A model generated the notes under the pieces. It did not search any database and had not been told where the DNA came from. It saw nothing but the letters and a program-made list of their open reading frames with translations. The translations under genes and the position numbers were made by a program. Of a DNA stretch of 64,000 nucleotides, positions 19,701 to 27,098 are shown piece by piece (within the stretch, counting starts at the first letter, position 1; the number at the start of each line of letters is the position of its first letter). This DNA is from Candidatus Limnocylindria bacterium (lineage in GTDB: Bacteria > Methylomirabilota > Methylomirabilia > Rokubacteriales > CSP1-6): NCBI GenBank assembly GCA_035524955.1, contig DATLFG010000042.1, positions 45,791 through 109,790 of the forward strand. Reading direction: 5' to 3'.

Positions 19701-21351
19701 CCTTGTGAGTGGCATTCCACGTTACCAGGAGCCGTTCGCGTTCAGCGTCCGTGAGGATGGGGACGCCCGCTAGAGGCGCGTCGAGATGTGCCGCCAGGTG
19801 CTGCAGGAATGCCGTGAAGGCGCGCTGGAGTTCGAGAATATGAGCCTGGCCGAAGACCGAGGTCCGATAGGTCCAATGACTCGTGCATCCGTCGCGCGAC
19901 ACAGCGATCGTCAGGTCGTTATCCGCGGCGTTCTCTGGTTCGTCCCGTTGAAGGATCCCGATCGGCAGCCGCATGGCCCGGCCGGCCAGTTCCGGAGTGC
20001 GAGCTACCAGGGAACGCGCATACGTCTGATTGGCTCGGGCGCTCTCCAGGTCGTTCAGCACGGCACGCAGTGCAGCGTCCACGCTGGCGTCACCGTCCAA
20101 TGTGACGCGCACCGGGACCTGAAGAGCGAAGAATTGCTCAAGACCCGACAGCGACTCCTCCAAGCCGACGTGTCCGAAGCCGATATCAAAGGAAGTGTGT
20201 CCTGTGGTCCGCGCCAGGTACAGAATCAACGCTGCTGTCAGGACATCCACGGGTTCGCCCGCCGCGGTGGGGACCGGCGGGACGGAGAGGGCCGCCGTCC
20301 CACGAGACTCCACTCCTTGCGTGCTCGCGCCCCGGCCCTCGGAGGGAAGTTCCAGGGGTGCAAGCTGCAGGAGGCGCTGCAGCCAGAATTCCTCGTGCCG
20401 GACGATACTCTGACCTAGCTGCGTGAGAGTTACTGCGGTACCCGCTGGGAGCGCCTCGAAGCGGTAGCCGGCAGTAATCCCAGCCGTGGCGACGTCCAAC
20501 GCCTCTCCACCGATGTCGAGCAACTGAGAAACTACAACTTGATTGGTCGACGTGGCCACACGAACGGAATTACCGTCGACAGATAGCACCGTACCCGGCG
20601 GGCTCTCAGAGAATGCCGGCAGCACCTCCAGCTTCGGCACGAGAAGCACGGTTTCGCCGCTGATCACCTTTGGAATCTCGAGGGGATTCGGATAAGGGCG
20701 GAAGTCGAGGGAACGCACAAAGGCGGCTATTGTTTCGGCGGGCAGGCTCCAGTCGATGCAAGCCTGGGCCGCGGGCCGCGCGTGCTTCGCAAAATACGTT
20801 CGCTCGGAAAGGCTCTGCGGGAGGGCTCGAAGCGTCCCATCGCCCAAGGCTTTGATCAGCTCCTCAAAGGAATCGATTCCGGCCTTGAAGCATTTGCGAT
20901 TCAGCGTAAACGCCGTTTCATCGGGAGCGAGCGCAAAGAAACGCTGCTGGAAAATGTCGCCTGTATCCACGATCTCTCGCATCTCGTGCCAAGTGACGCC
21001 GTGGGACGTCTCCTGATTGAGGATGGCCCACGTGGTGGCGTGCAAACCGGCGTATCTCGGCAACGGACCATCGTGAAAATTAATGGCGCCAAAACGAGGC
21101 AGCGCCAAGATCCGAGCCGGAACGAGGGATAGGTTGGCAATACTGAACAGGTAATCGAAGGGCCGACCATCCATCGAAGAGAGAACTTCGTCCTGGCGGG
21201 AGACACAACGGATCTTCTGTTCTTGGGCCCATTCTTGGATCACATCGTTGGCGGACACGATGATCTCTATCTTGTGCTTGTAGCGAAGAAGAATCTCCGC
21301 GCAGGGGATCAGAAGAGCTCCCTCCCCCAGAATGAGCGTGCTGAATGTCAT
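16789..21351 (-). CDS. Single-module non-ribosomal peptide synthetase: formyltransferase domain, partial (C-terminal) condensation domain, adenylation domain with inserted luciferase-like monooxygenase domain, thiolation domain
   Basis: aa ~1-290 resemble Fmt N- and C-domains ('HDGPLPRYAGLHATTWAI'). aa ~290-560 resemble the post-C3 half of a C domain ('EFWLQRLLQLAPLELPSEG', 'LTDAERERLLVTWN') with no HHxxxDG. A domain motifs: A1 'TYDELNRAANQLA', A2 'LKAGAAYVPLDP', A3 'YTSGSTGRPKG', A4 'SFDIS', then a ~340-aa LLM domain ('IDFSLFYF...ALLLEGAKFADQNGFAAVWTPERHF...SGGRVGISFASGW'), then A5 'NMYGPTETT', A7 'YRTGD', A8 'GRSDGQVKLRGYRIELGEIE', A10 'PNLKIDRKAL'. PCP 'FFDLGGHSLL'. There is no TE, R or C-terminal C domain. 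Confidence 0.9.
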   Translation of the reverse strand: MTFSTLILGEGALLIPCAEILLRYKHKIEIIVSANDVIQEWAQEQKIRCVSRQDEVLSSMDGRPFDYLFSIANLSLVPARILALPRFGAINFHDGPLPRYAGLHATTWAILNQETSHGVTWHEMREIVDTGDIFQQRFFALAPDETAFTLNRKCFKAGIDSFEELIKALGDGTLRALPQSLSERTYFAKHARPAAQACIDWSLPAETIAAFVRSLDFRPYPNPLEIPKVISGETVLLVPKLEVLPAFSESPPGTVLSVDGNSVRVATSTNQVVVSQLLDIGGEALDVATAGITAGYRFEALPAGTAVTLTQLGQSIVRHEEFWLQRLLQLAPLELPSEGRGASTQGVESRGTAALSVPPVPTAAGEPVDVLTAALILYLARTTGHTSFDIGFGHVGLEESLSGLEQFFALQVPVRVTLDGDASVDAALRAVLNDLESARANQTYARSLVARTPELAGRAMRLPIGILQRDEPENAADNDLTIAVSRDGCTSHWTYRTSVFGQAHILELQRAFTAFLQHLAAHLDAPLAGVPILTDAERERLLVTWNATHKAYPVDASVHELFEQQVKRTPHAVALVCGDQRRTYDELNRAANQLARHLRNLSAGPEVLVGICVERSIDLLTGVYGILKAGAAYVPLDPAYPADRLALMVEDARCAILLTQQGLLHRLPPHRAKIVCIDTDWGSIEREPEDNLDSGVTGSNLIYVIYTSGSTGRPKGVMVEHRNVTNLFAGMDDCIPHSPPGTWLAVTSLSFDISVLELFWTMARGFKVILHGGTERGTRAAGIDFSLFYFASDEGENAANKYALLLEGAKFADQNGFAAVWTPERHFGAFGGLYPNPSVTSAALASITKSIGLRAGSCVSPLHSPIRIAEEWSVVDNISGGRVGISFASGWQPNDFVLQPEQYANRQDTMFRGIETVRRLWRGETIRFPGPDHKEVEVRTLPRPVQAELPVWVTVAGNPETFRRAGTGGFRILTHLLGQGVEQLAEKLSIYRKAWREHGHPGDGYVTLMLHTFVGDDDGQVREVVREPMIDYLASALDLTEQAAWSFPAFKERASATGQTLSQMFAAQSLTPEEKSGILNHAFDRYFETSGLFGTVETCLAMVHRLKGIGIDELACLIDFGVASSTAFQHLEHLNRLRRLAADVPVQTAGQSAIPALIARHKVTHLQCTPSMAGLLTADRESRLALRGLRVMMVGGEALPATQAQDLGELVLGKLINMYGPTETTVWSSTYTVTGNETTIPIGRPIANTAMYILDHRMQLVPIGTAGDLYIGGKGVARGYWKRPDLTADRFVSDPFGGSDGRLYRTGDVASYRSDGNVEFLGRSDGQVKLRGYRIELGEIEALLDGHPGVGKSVVLAREDTPGDKRLVAYVTPNGSAGVPVIELRDHLRAKLPEIMVPSHFVEIREFPLTPNLKIDRKALPPPGATPVPVVELGAVPSERLGGLEQQLVSIWQEVLGVPRVDVHDDFFDLGGHSLLTIQLHRRISPLVDRPVAIADLFRYSTVDKLAAFLLAADNEGARE

Positions 21352-21878
21352 AGGATTGCCGCCTTGACCACTGCCAGGATCACCAAGATGCTAGCCGGGA
21401 TGTACTGGCCACCACCCCGGCACCCCTGCTGGCATAGACCTCGAGGCCGCCGTGCGTGATGTGCGAGCCACGGGCCGGCTCCAGTGCCTGGCGTGATCAG
21501 CGTGGCGGTGATGCCCTGAAGGGGGCTGATAGTGCTACGGATAGATCTGGCTACCACGATGAACCGGGCACGCACAGACACCCTCCAGCGAAGGCCCTAC
21601 TGCCTCTCCTCAGAGGGCGTGGAGCGCGAGTATAAGCGGAGCGGGCGGGAGGAGCAAGGGCTGAACCGGCAACAGCGGCTTTTCAAGACGGCGGGCGTCT
21701 GATCCGACATGCCCGGTCCTTCACCCTGCAGGTGGCCGAAAGCCAGCTGGCGCTGACTCTCTTTCAACAGATCATCGGGCGCCTCGAACGACTCGCATGG
21801 GATCCGACGTGACCGAGCGGACTGTCCAGACGGGGAGCAGGTGCGGCGCCGGCGGGAGTGCCAGCACGGCGGGCGCAG
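21352..21878 (-). promoter_or_regulatory. Long (~525 nt) non-coding leader/promoter region upstream of the NRPS gene
   Basis: No convincing ORF between the NRPS start (21351) and the upstream acetyltransferase stop (21879). Only short off-frame ORFs are present. Confidence 0.25.
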
Positions 21879-22505
21879 TTAAGGCCGGGTTTGGGAAGGA
21901 ATCGGCCGTGCCGGCACACCGACGACCGTCGTGGCTGGCTCGACATTCTTGGTAACCACGGCACCCGCGCCCACAACCGCCCAATCGCCGACATGTAACC
22001 CGGGAAGCACGATGCTCCCGAGCGCAAGGAAGACGCCTTCACCGATCGACGCGCCACCGCCGAGGTGCGCAACAGCGATATGGGCATAGTCGCCGACGTG
22101 GCAGTGATGGTCGACGCTCGCTTTGGTGTTCAAGATGACGTGAGCACCGATGCAGGCGCCGGCTTGGACGATGCCGCCGGCAAACACGACGCTGCCAGGG
22201 CCTAGGGTCACATCCGGATGGACCGAAGAGAATGGATGCACCGCGGTTGTCCACTCGATCTCGATCTCGTGGCTGATGCGTTTGCGCACGTGATTGTCAC
22301 CGACGCCGATGATGGCGCGCGTGCAGGTGGAATCACGCACAGCCGCGATCGGCCCGCGGATGGGAACGCCCAAGACGTTGTTTCCCCAATTCTTGGGCGA
22401 GTCATCGAAGAGTGCGACGACCTTCCGGCCCATCGCATGCAGAGTGGCGACGACCACCGCCGCGTGCCCCCCTGCGCCAAGAACCGCGATGCGCTCGTCA
22501 GCCAC
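21879..22505 (-). CDS. PglD/NeuD-family hexapeptide sugar N-acetyltransferase-like protein
   Basis: 208 aa. N-terminal 'IAVLGAGGHAAVVVATL' Rossmann-like domain typical of PglD/NeuD, then hexapeptide beta-helix 'IGAHVILNTKASVDHHCHVGDYAHIAVAHLGGGASIGEGVFLALGSIVLPGLHVGDWAVVGAGAVV'. Confidence 0.7.
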   Translation of the reverse strand: MADERIAVLGAGGHAAVVVATLHAMGRKVVALFDDSPKNWGNNVLGVPIRGPIAAVRDSTCTRAIIGVGDNHVRKRISHEIEIEWTTAVHPFSSVHPDVTLGPGSVVFAGGIVQAGACIGAHVILNTKASVDHHCHVGDYAHIAVAHLGGGASIGEGVFLALGSIVLPGLHVGDWAVVGAGAVVTKNVEPATTVVGVPARPIPSQTRP

Positions 22506-22748
22506 GGCGCGACCTTACTCGCCCTCTGACACCAAAACAAGAGACAGATATGCGAATCTACCGGGAGGACTTCCATCGCTCTCCTGAACCGATACCGTTC
22601 GGCTCTTGCCGGAGCCAGTTTGCCGAGGTGGGGGATGACCTCGATCCTGCCCAGCTCGAAGCTTCCCGGACCTCATTCAGCGTCACCTGCGCCCCTCGGG
22701 GTTCAACGTTGACGAGCACACCAAAAAGCGCGTAGCATCCATCCCACA

Positions 22749-23564
22749 ATGCGGTATGCTTCACTACCTATCGACGAAGTTCATCTCTGGTGCGCGCACC
22801 CCAGTGAGCTCAACCGCGACGACGTTTACGACGTCGCTCGACATATGATCACTTCAGAAGAGGCTCAGCGGCTGGAGCGCTTCTGCTTCGCTCGGGACCG
22901 ACAGACTTATCTGGCAACTCGTGTTCTCGTCCGTACGGTACTTTCCCGGTACGAGCCACTGGCGCCGGCTGCTTGGCGATTCATCGTCGGACAGTACGGC
23001 CGCCCAGAGATCGTACACGATCAACCAGCGCTCCATTTTAATCTCTCTCACACCAATGGGCTTGTCGTCTGTGCCGTCGCCCGAGATCTTGATGTCGGAG
23101 TCGATGTCGAACACATCGGCCGCCCAGCGCCTCTTGAGGTCGTCGATCATTTTTTCGCGCCCACGGAGATCGCGGCCTTGCGCGCGCTACCGGACGCTGA
23201 GCAGCAGCGCCGATTCTTCGATTACTGGACACTCAAAGAAAGTTACATCAAGGCTCGGGGCTTGAGCCTAGCGCTGCCCGTCGATCGCTTTGCCTTCACG
23301 CTCTCGGCGGACGGCAAAGCGAACCTCAGAATAGATCCCGCGCTTGGGGAAGGTGCACCATGGCAATTTACTCGGCATTGGCCAACCTCCGAACACATAG
23401 TTTCCGTGTGCGTGACACGTCGCCGCGACGAGGACGCGAAGATCATCCTCGGATGGCACTCGTTGGCCAGATCAATCGCGGACAGCGGCCACGAGGGCGC
23501 AACCCATTTCACAAGCTGGTCGAGGCCGCCGAACAAGGTCTCGATCTCCGATGCGGTATTGTAG
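22749..23564 (+). CDS. Sfp-type 4'-phosphopantetheinyl transferase
   Basis: 'FNLSHTNG', 'VGVDVE', 'FFDYWTLKESYIKARG' are the signature motifs of Sfp/EntD-type PPTases. Divergent from the upstream acetyltransferase gene. Confidence 0.8.
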   Translation: MRYASLPIDEVHLWCAHPSELNRDDVYDVARHMITSEEAQRLERFCFARDRQTYLATRVLVRTVLSRYEPLAPAAWRFIVGQYGRPEIVHDQPALHFNLSHTNGLVVCAVARDLDVGVDVEHIGRPAPLEVVDHFFAPTEIAALRALPDAEQQRRFFDYWTLKESYIKARGLSLALPVDRFAFTLSADGKANLRIDPALGEGAPWQFTRHWPTSEHIVSVCVTRRRDEDAKIILGWHSLARSIADSGHEGATHFTSWSRPPNKVSISDAVL

Positions 23565-23642
23565 ATGGAGGCTGAGGCGCGCAGCACCTCTCCACTGGTG
23601 CAGCTGTCAGCCACAGGCTGTGCGCACGTGCATGCTCGCGTC

Positions 23643-23772
23643 CGGCCCCAAGTACGAGCTCGACGCGCTCGCCAACGAGGACTTCCGCGACCTGACCAAG
23701 ACCTACCTGCCGCGGAAGCTCAAGGAAGAGGACTGGCTGGACTAGCGCTCAGCCCCGCATACCCCCGTTCGC
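23643..23772 (+). repeat. Direct repeat copy 2: displaced or duplicated top6A 3' end (last ~31 codons plus stop plus ~30 nt)
   Basis: Encodes 'KYELDALANEDFRDLTKTYLPRKLKEEDWLD*' against top6A 'KYELDALANKDFRYLTKTYLPRKLKEEDWLD*'. The post-stop sequences are also similar: 'tagcgctc(g/a)gccccgcat(g/a)cccccgt'. Confidence 0.7.
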
Positions 23773-23783
23773 CCCGACTGCCC

Positions 23784-24560
23784 TCAAGGCCGCACGGCGG
23801 GCGAGTCGATGGTCATCCCTCTCGCTCGCCACATCAGGAACACCTCGAGGTCCACGAACTCGCGACCCCCATACTCGTACGGCTCCGCCCGCATCCCGAC
23901 CATGCAGTTGCGTAACCGCCGCTGGAGCGAGCCCAGCCCCTGCCACTCCAGCCGGTAGAGCGGATACCCCGTCGGGTGCCCCTGCGGGATCACGTTCCCG
24001 GCGAGCCGCCGCCCCCAGTGGTCGTCATGACACTGACTGCACGCCAGATTGAGCTGCCCCTGCCGCCGATAGAACGTAGCGCGTCCGGCATCGACGAACG
24101 CCTGCATCCGCGGGTCGACGACCCGGTTGATCGGCATCCCGCGCGACTGCCGCGCGACGAAGGCGGCCAACGCCAGCAGATCGCGACCCTCCCAGGCCAG
24201 CCGCGGCGCCTGCTGCCGGTCGACCCGGCAGCGGTTGATCCGCTGCTCGAGGTTGACCGGCCGTCCCATCCCCGCGTCGAACGCCGGATGCCGCGCCGCC
24301 ACGCCCTTCATGCTGGTCCGAGCATCGCCATGGCAGTCCGCGCAGGCCCGTCCCGCCGCCCCGACCTTCCGCCCCCACAGCGACTCGCCCTCGAGCACCC
24401 AGAGCATCCCGGGATTCGCGGTGTCGTCGTCCTGCATCGCCCGCGTCTCCCGGCTCATGAAGTCGTACCCCGCCCGGCGCTCGCCCAGGGGGATCTCGCC
24501 GGCCGGGGCCGACGCCGCTACCACCACGATACCGAACAGCGCGGCCCCCACGAGCCGCAC
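23784..24560 (-). CDS. soxA: Diheme cytochrome c SoxA (thiosulfate oxidation)
   Basis: Signal peptide, two CxxCH motifs ('CADCH', 'CSQCH'), ~258 aa. Adjacent to the soxZ, soxY and soxX homologues. Confidence 0.7.
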   Translation of the reverse strand: MRLVGAALFGIVVVAASAPAGEIPLGERRAGYDFMSRETRAMQDDDTANPGMLWVLEGESLWGRKVGAAGRACADCHGDARTSMKGVAARHPAFDAGMGRPVNLEQRINRCRVDRQQAPRLAWEGRDLLALAAFVARQSRGMPINRVVDPRMQAFVDAGRATFYRRQGQLNLACSQCHDDHWGRRLAGNVIPQGHPTGYPLYRLEWQGLGSLQRRLRNCMVGMRAEPYEYGGREFVDLEVFLMWRARGMTIDSPAVRP

Positions 24561-24564
24561 GCGG

Positions 24565-24909
24565 CTAGCTGACCGTGATGGCCGCCGACTCCGTCACCGA
24601 GAAGCCGTTGTCGCCGGTCCAGGTGAAGGTCAGTGTGCCGCTCTCGGTGGCGACGGTCGAGAACACGAGGAACGGATTGGCGGCGATCGCCGGATGCAGG
24701 TCGGCGCGAAAGACCTCGGCGCCGTTGTAGGTGCAGACGAACTGCCGGATGATGTCGCGGGCGATCGGCGCGCCGGCCTCGGTGCGGCGGTGACCGGTCT
24801 CCATGACGTGGGAGATCAGCGTCTTGATCTCGATGATCTCGCCGCGCCTGGCCTGGCCCGGGACGTTGATCAGCGCGCGCGCCACGGCTAGAGGGGCCCT
24901 TCCAGGCAC
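24565..24909 (-). CDS. soxZ: Thiosulfate oxidation carrier complex protein SoxZ
   Basis: 114 aa with a SoxZ-like beta-sandwich sequence ('IIEIKTLISHVMETG', 'FTWTGDNG'). Overlaps the soxY-like gene by ~20 nt. Confidence 0.7.
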   Translation of the reverse strand: MPGRAPLAVARALINVPGQARRGEIIEIKTLISHVMETGHRRTEAGAPIARDIIRQFVCTYNGAEVFRADLHPAIAANPFLVFSTVATESGTLTFTWTGDNGFSVTESAAITVS

Positions 24910-25352
24910 GCGGCCAGGGTGACCACGACGGTGGCGCGATCCGACCAGAACGAGCCGTCGCTCAGCTCGCCGATGGCGACGACGGTCTGCGTGTTGGCGA
25001 GCCGGACGCGGGTCGACACGCGCGCCCGGCCGGAGCGGGGGCTGAAGCGGAACGTGGCGACGTCGGGCAGCGGGTTGATCTCGGTGAAGACGTGGACGGC
25101 CCGGACGTGGTCGGCCTCGGTCATCGGGCTCTCGACGCTGACCGTCAGCGGGACGGCGTGGCCGTTCTCGGACAGCGGGGGCAGCTCGAGCTTCACCCGG
25201 CCCGGCGTGACGGGGGCGGAGCCCACCACCCGGCGGATGGCGGCCTGCATCCGCTCGGGGGTCGCCCCGGTGGGGCGAACGGCGACGATCGACACCAGGC
25301 CGAGCCCGGCGCCGGCGGTCCGGAGGAACGCGCGGCGGTCCATGTCTGTCAC
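24888..25352 (-). CDS. soxY: Thiosulfate oxidation carrier protein SoxY
   Basis: Tat signal 'RRAFLRTAGAGLGL', ~154 aa with a C-terminal Cys-containing tail ('VTLAACLEGPL'). Position between soxX and soxZ. Confidence 0.65.
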   Translation of the reverse strand: MTDMDRRAFLRTAGAGLGLVSIVAVRPTGATPERMQAAIRRVVGSAPVTPGRVKLELPPLSENGHAVPLTVSVESPMTEADHVRAVHVFTEINPLPDVATFRFSPRSGRARVSTRVRLANTQTVVAIGELSDGSFWSDRATVVVTLAACLEGPL

Positions 25353-25816
25353 TCTCGCAGCGTCGTCAAGAAGGCGACCACGTCCTCGATCTGCTCGGCG
25401 GTCAGCACGGGCTTGCCGCGGAACGCGGGGGCGACCCGTGTCAGGCCGTCGGTCCGATGATACGCCGGCATGATCGTCGCCGGGTTGACCCGGGCGGGAT
25501 CGACGATCCGCTGGCGGATCTGCGCCTCGGACAGCCGGCTGCCGACGCCGGCCAGGTTGGTGGCCAGCTCACCCTGGAAGCGTTCCTCCGGGAACGGCCC
25601 GCTGTGGCAGAGCAGGCAGAGTCCGACCTGGCGGTCGGCGACGATCGCCCGGCCGCGCGCCGGATCGCCTGGGGCGCCGGTGAGCGACTCCGGGATCCCG
25701 TCCCGTCCGTGCGCCACACCGGCCACCAGGCAGCTCATCGCGACGAGGGCGGCGGCGGCCGCGCGCCGTGGGGTTGGCGCCGCCCGGCCCGGCCCGGTCC
25801 GCCCGTCTCTCACCAT
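25349..25816 (-). CDS. soxX: Monoheme cytochrome c SoxX
   Basis: Single 'CLLCH' heme motif and a hydrophobic N-terminus ('MSCLVAGVAHG'). The listed ORF (to 25954) has a GC-rich, Arg-rich N-terminal extension that is probably not translated. Confidence 0.55.
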   Translation of the reverse strand: MVRDGRTGPGRAAPTPRRAAAAALVAMSCLVAGVAHGRDGIPESLTGAPGDPARGRAIVADRQVGLCLLCHSGPFPEERFQGELATNLAGVGSRLSEAQIRQRIVDPARVNPATIMPAYHRTDGLTRVAPAFRGKPVLTAEQIEDVVAFLTTLRE

Positions 25817-25823
25817 GGGTGAC

Positions 25824-27098
25824 CTACCCGAACACCTCGGCGGTGATGGTCCGGAACCAGGCCTCGGCCAGCACCGCCTCCGCCGCGCGCGTCTCGCGCG
25901 GCGCGCCGGCCGGGCTGACGCCGCCGGCGCCCTTGACCTCGGCCAGCTGCCCACCCGACGGCTCGTAGACGCCGGCCACCGAGATGCCGTAGTCGGGCGC
26001 GATCAGGCTGTAGCACGTGTTGATGAGCTTGGGGTCGGACGGGGCGGCGCCGGTGAGGAGCCGGGCGACCACCACGGCGCACGTCTTGGCCTGGGAGTTG
26101 GCGGCGAAGGCCGACTTCGGCATGGCGCCGGCGATGGCGGCGTCGCCGATGACGTGGATGCGGGGCTCGAGCCTCGACTCGAACGTCACCGGATCGATCG
26201 GGCACCAGCCGCTGCGGTCGGCGACGCCCGCGACCTCCGCGATGCGGCCGGCCTTCTGCGGCGGGATGACGTTGGCCACGTCGGCCTTGTGGCGGCCGAA
26301 ATCGGTGACGAACGTGCGGGTCGTGGGGTCCACCGCGGTGACGGCGCCTCCCCGGGAGACCGGGACCCACTCGAGCAGGCCGGGGTACAGCTCCGCCCAG
26401 GCCTGCTGGAACAACCGCTGCTTGGAGAACACGTCCTTGGCGTCGAGCACGATCAGCTTGGAGCGCGGCTTCCTGGTCTTGAGGAAGTGCGCGATCAGAC
26501 TGGCGCGCTCGTAGGGGCCGGGCGGGCAGCGGAACGGGTTGGCGGGCGCCGAGATGACGACCACCCCGCCGTCCGGCATGGCCTCGAGCTGGCGGCGCAG
26601 CCGCAGCGTCTGCTCACCCGCGCGCCAGGCGTGGGGCATGCTCGCGGACGCCGCCTCGTCGTAGCCGGGTAGCGCGCCCCACCTGATGTCGATGCCGGGC
26701 GCCATCACCAGCCGGTCGTACGGCAAGCGCGCGCCGTCGGCGAGCGTGACCGACCGCGCGGCCGCGTCGACGGCCGTGGCGCTCGTGCCGGCGAGCGTGA
26801 TGCCCGCGGCCGCGACGTGCTCGTAGGTGAACTGCTGGGCGCTCAGCTCGCGCAGGCCGGCGACCACGTTGTTGCTGAACGGGCAGGCGGTGAACGTCGG
26901 GTTCGGCTCCACCAGCGTGACCGCGATGGCCGGATCGATCGTCCGGAGCGCGCGGGCGCAGCTGGCGCCCGCGAAGCCACCACCGATCACCACCACCTTC
27001 GGCGCGGCGCCGCGCGCGAACACGGGATACGGACACAGCGCGGTCGAAGCCGCGGCCGCGGCGCCGAGCTTCAGGAACTCCCGGCGGCCCGGGCTCAC
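25824..27098 (-). CDS. Flavocytochrome c sulfide dehydrogenase flavoprotein subunit (FccB/SoxF-like FAD oxidoreductase)
   Basis: Tat signal 'RREFLKLGAAAAAS', FAD Rossmann 'KVVVIGGGFAGASCA', ~420 aa. The GTG start at 27098 overlaps the stop of the upstream cytochrome subunit gene. Confidence 0.75.
   Translation of the reverse strand: MSPGRREFLKLGAAAAASTALCPYPVFARGAAPKVVVIGGGFAGASCARALRTIDPAIAVTLVEPNPTFTACPFSNNVVAGLRELSAQQFTYEHVAAAGITLAGTSATAVDAAARSVTLADGARLPYDRLVMAPGIDIRWGALPGYDEAASASMPHAWRAGEQTLRLRRQLEAMPDGGVVVISAPANPFRCPPGPYERASLIAHFLKTRKPRSKLIVLDAKDVFSKQRLFQQAWAELYPGLLEWVPVSRGGAVTAVDPTTRTFVTDFGRHKADVANVIPPQKAGRIAEVAGVADRSGWCPIDPVTFESRLEPRIHVIGDAAIAGAMPKSAFAANSQAKTCAVVVARLLTGAAPSDPKLINTCYSLIAPDYGISVAGVYEPSGGQLAEVKGAGGVSPAGAPRETRAAEAVLAEAWFRTITAEVFG

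Larger units (their letters stand above)
15830..23642. mobile_element. Putative horizontally acquired genomic island (lower-GC segment) carrying an NRPS, acyltransferase and PPTase gene set
   Basis: Hand counts of 60-nt samples give about 58-60% GC inside (16981-17040, 20701-20760) against about 70% outside (11341-11400). The right end abuts repeat copy 2 of the top6A 3' end. No integrase or transposase was recognised. Confidence 0.5.

Noticed and set aside
15830-23642. Possibility that the low-GC segment is a prophage or an integrative conjugative element
   Set aside because: No integrase, recombinase, transposase, relaxase, capsid or other phage gene was recognisable. It is reported only as a compositional island with an att-like duplicated gene end.
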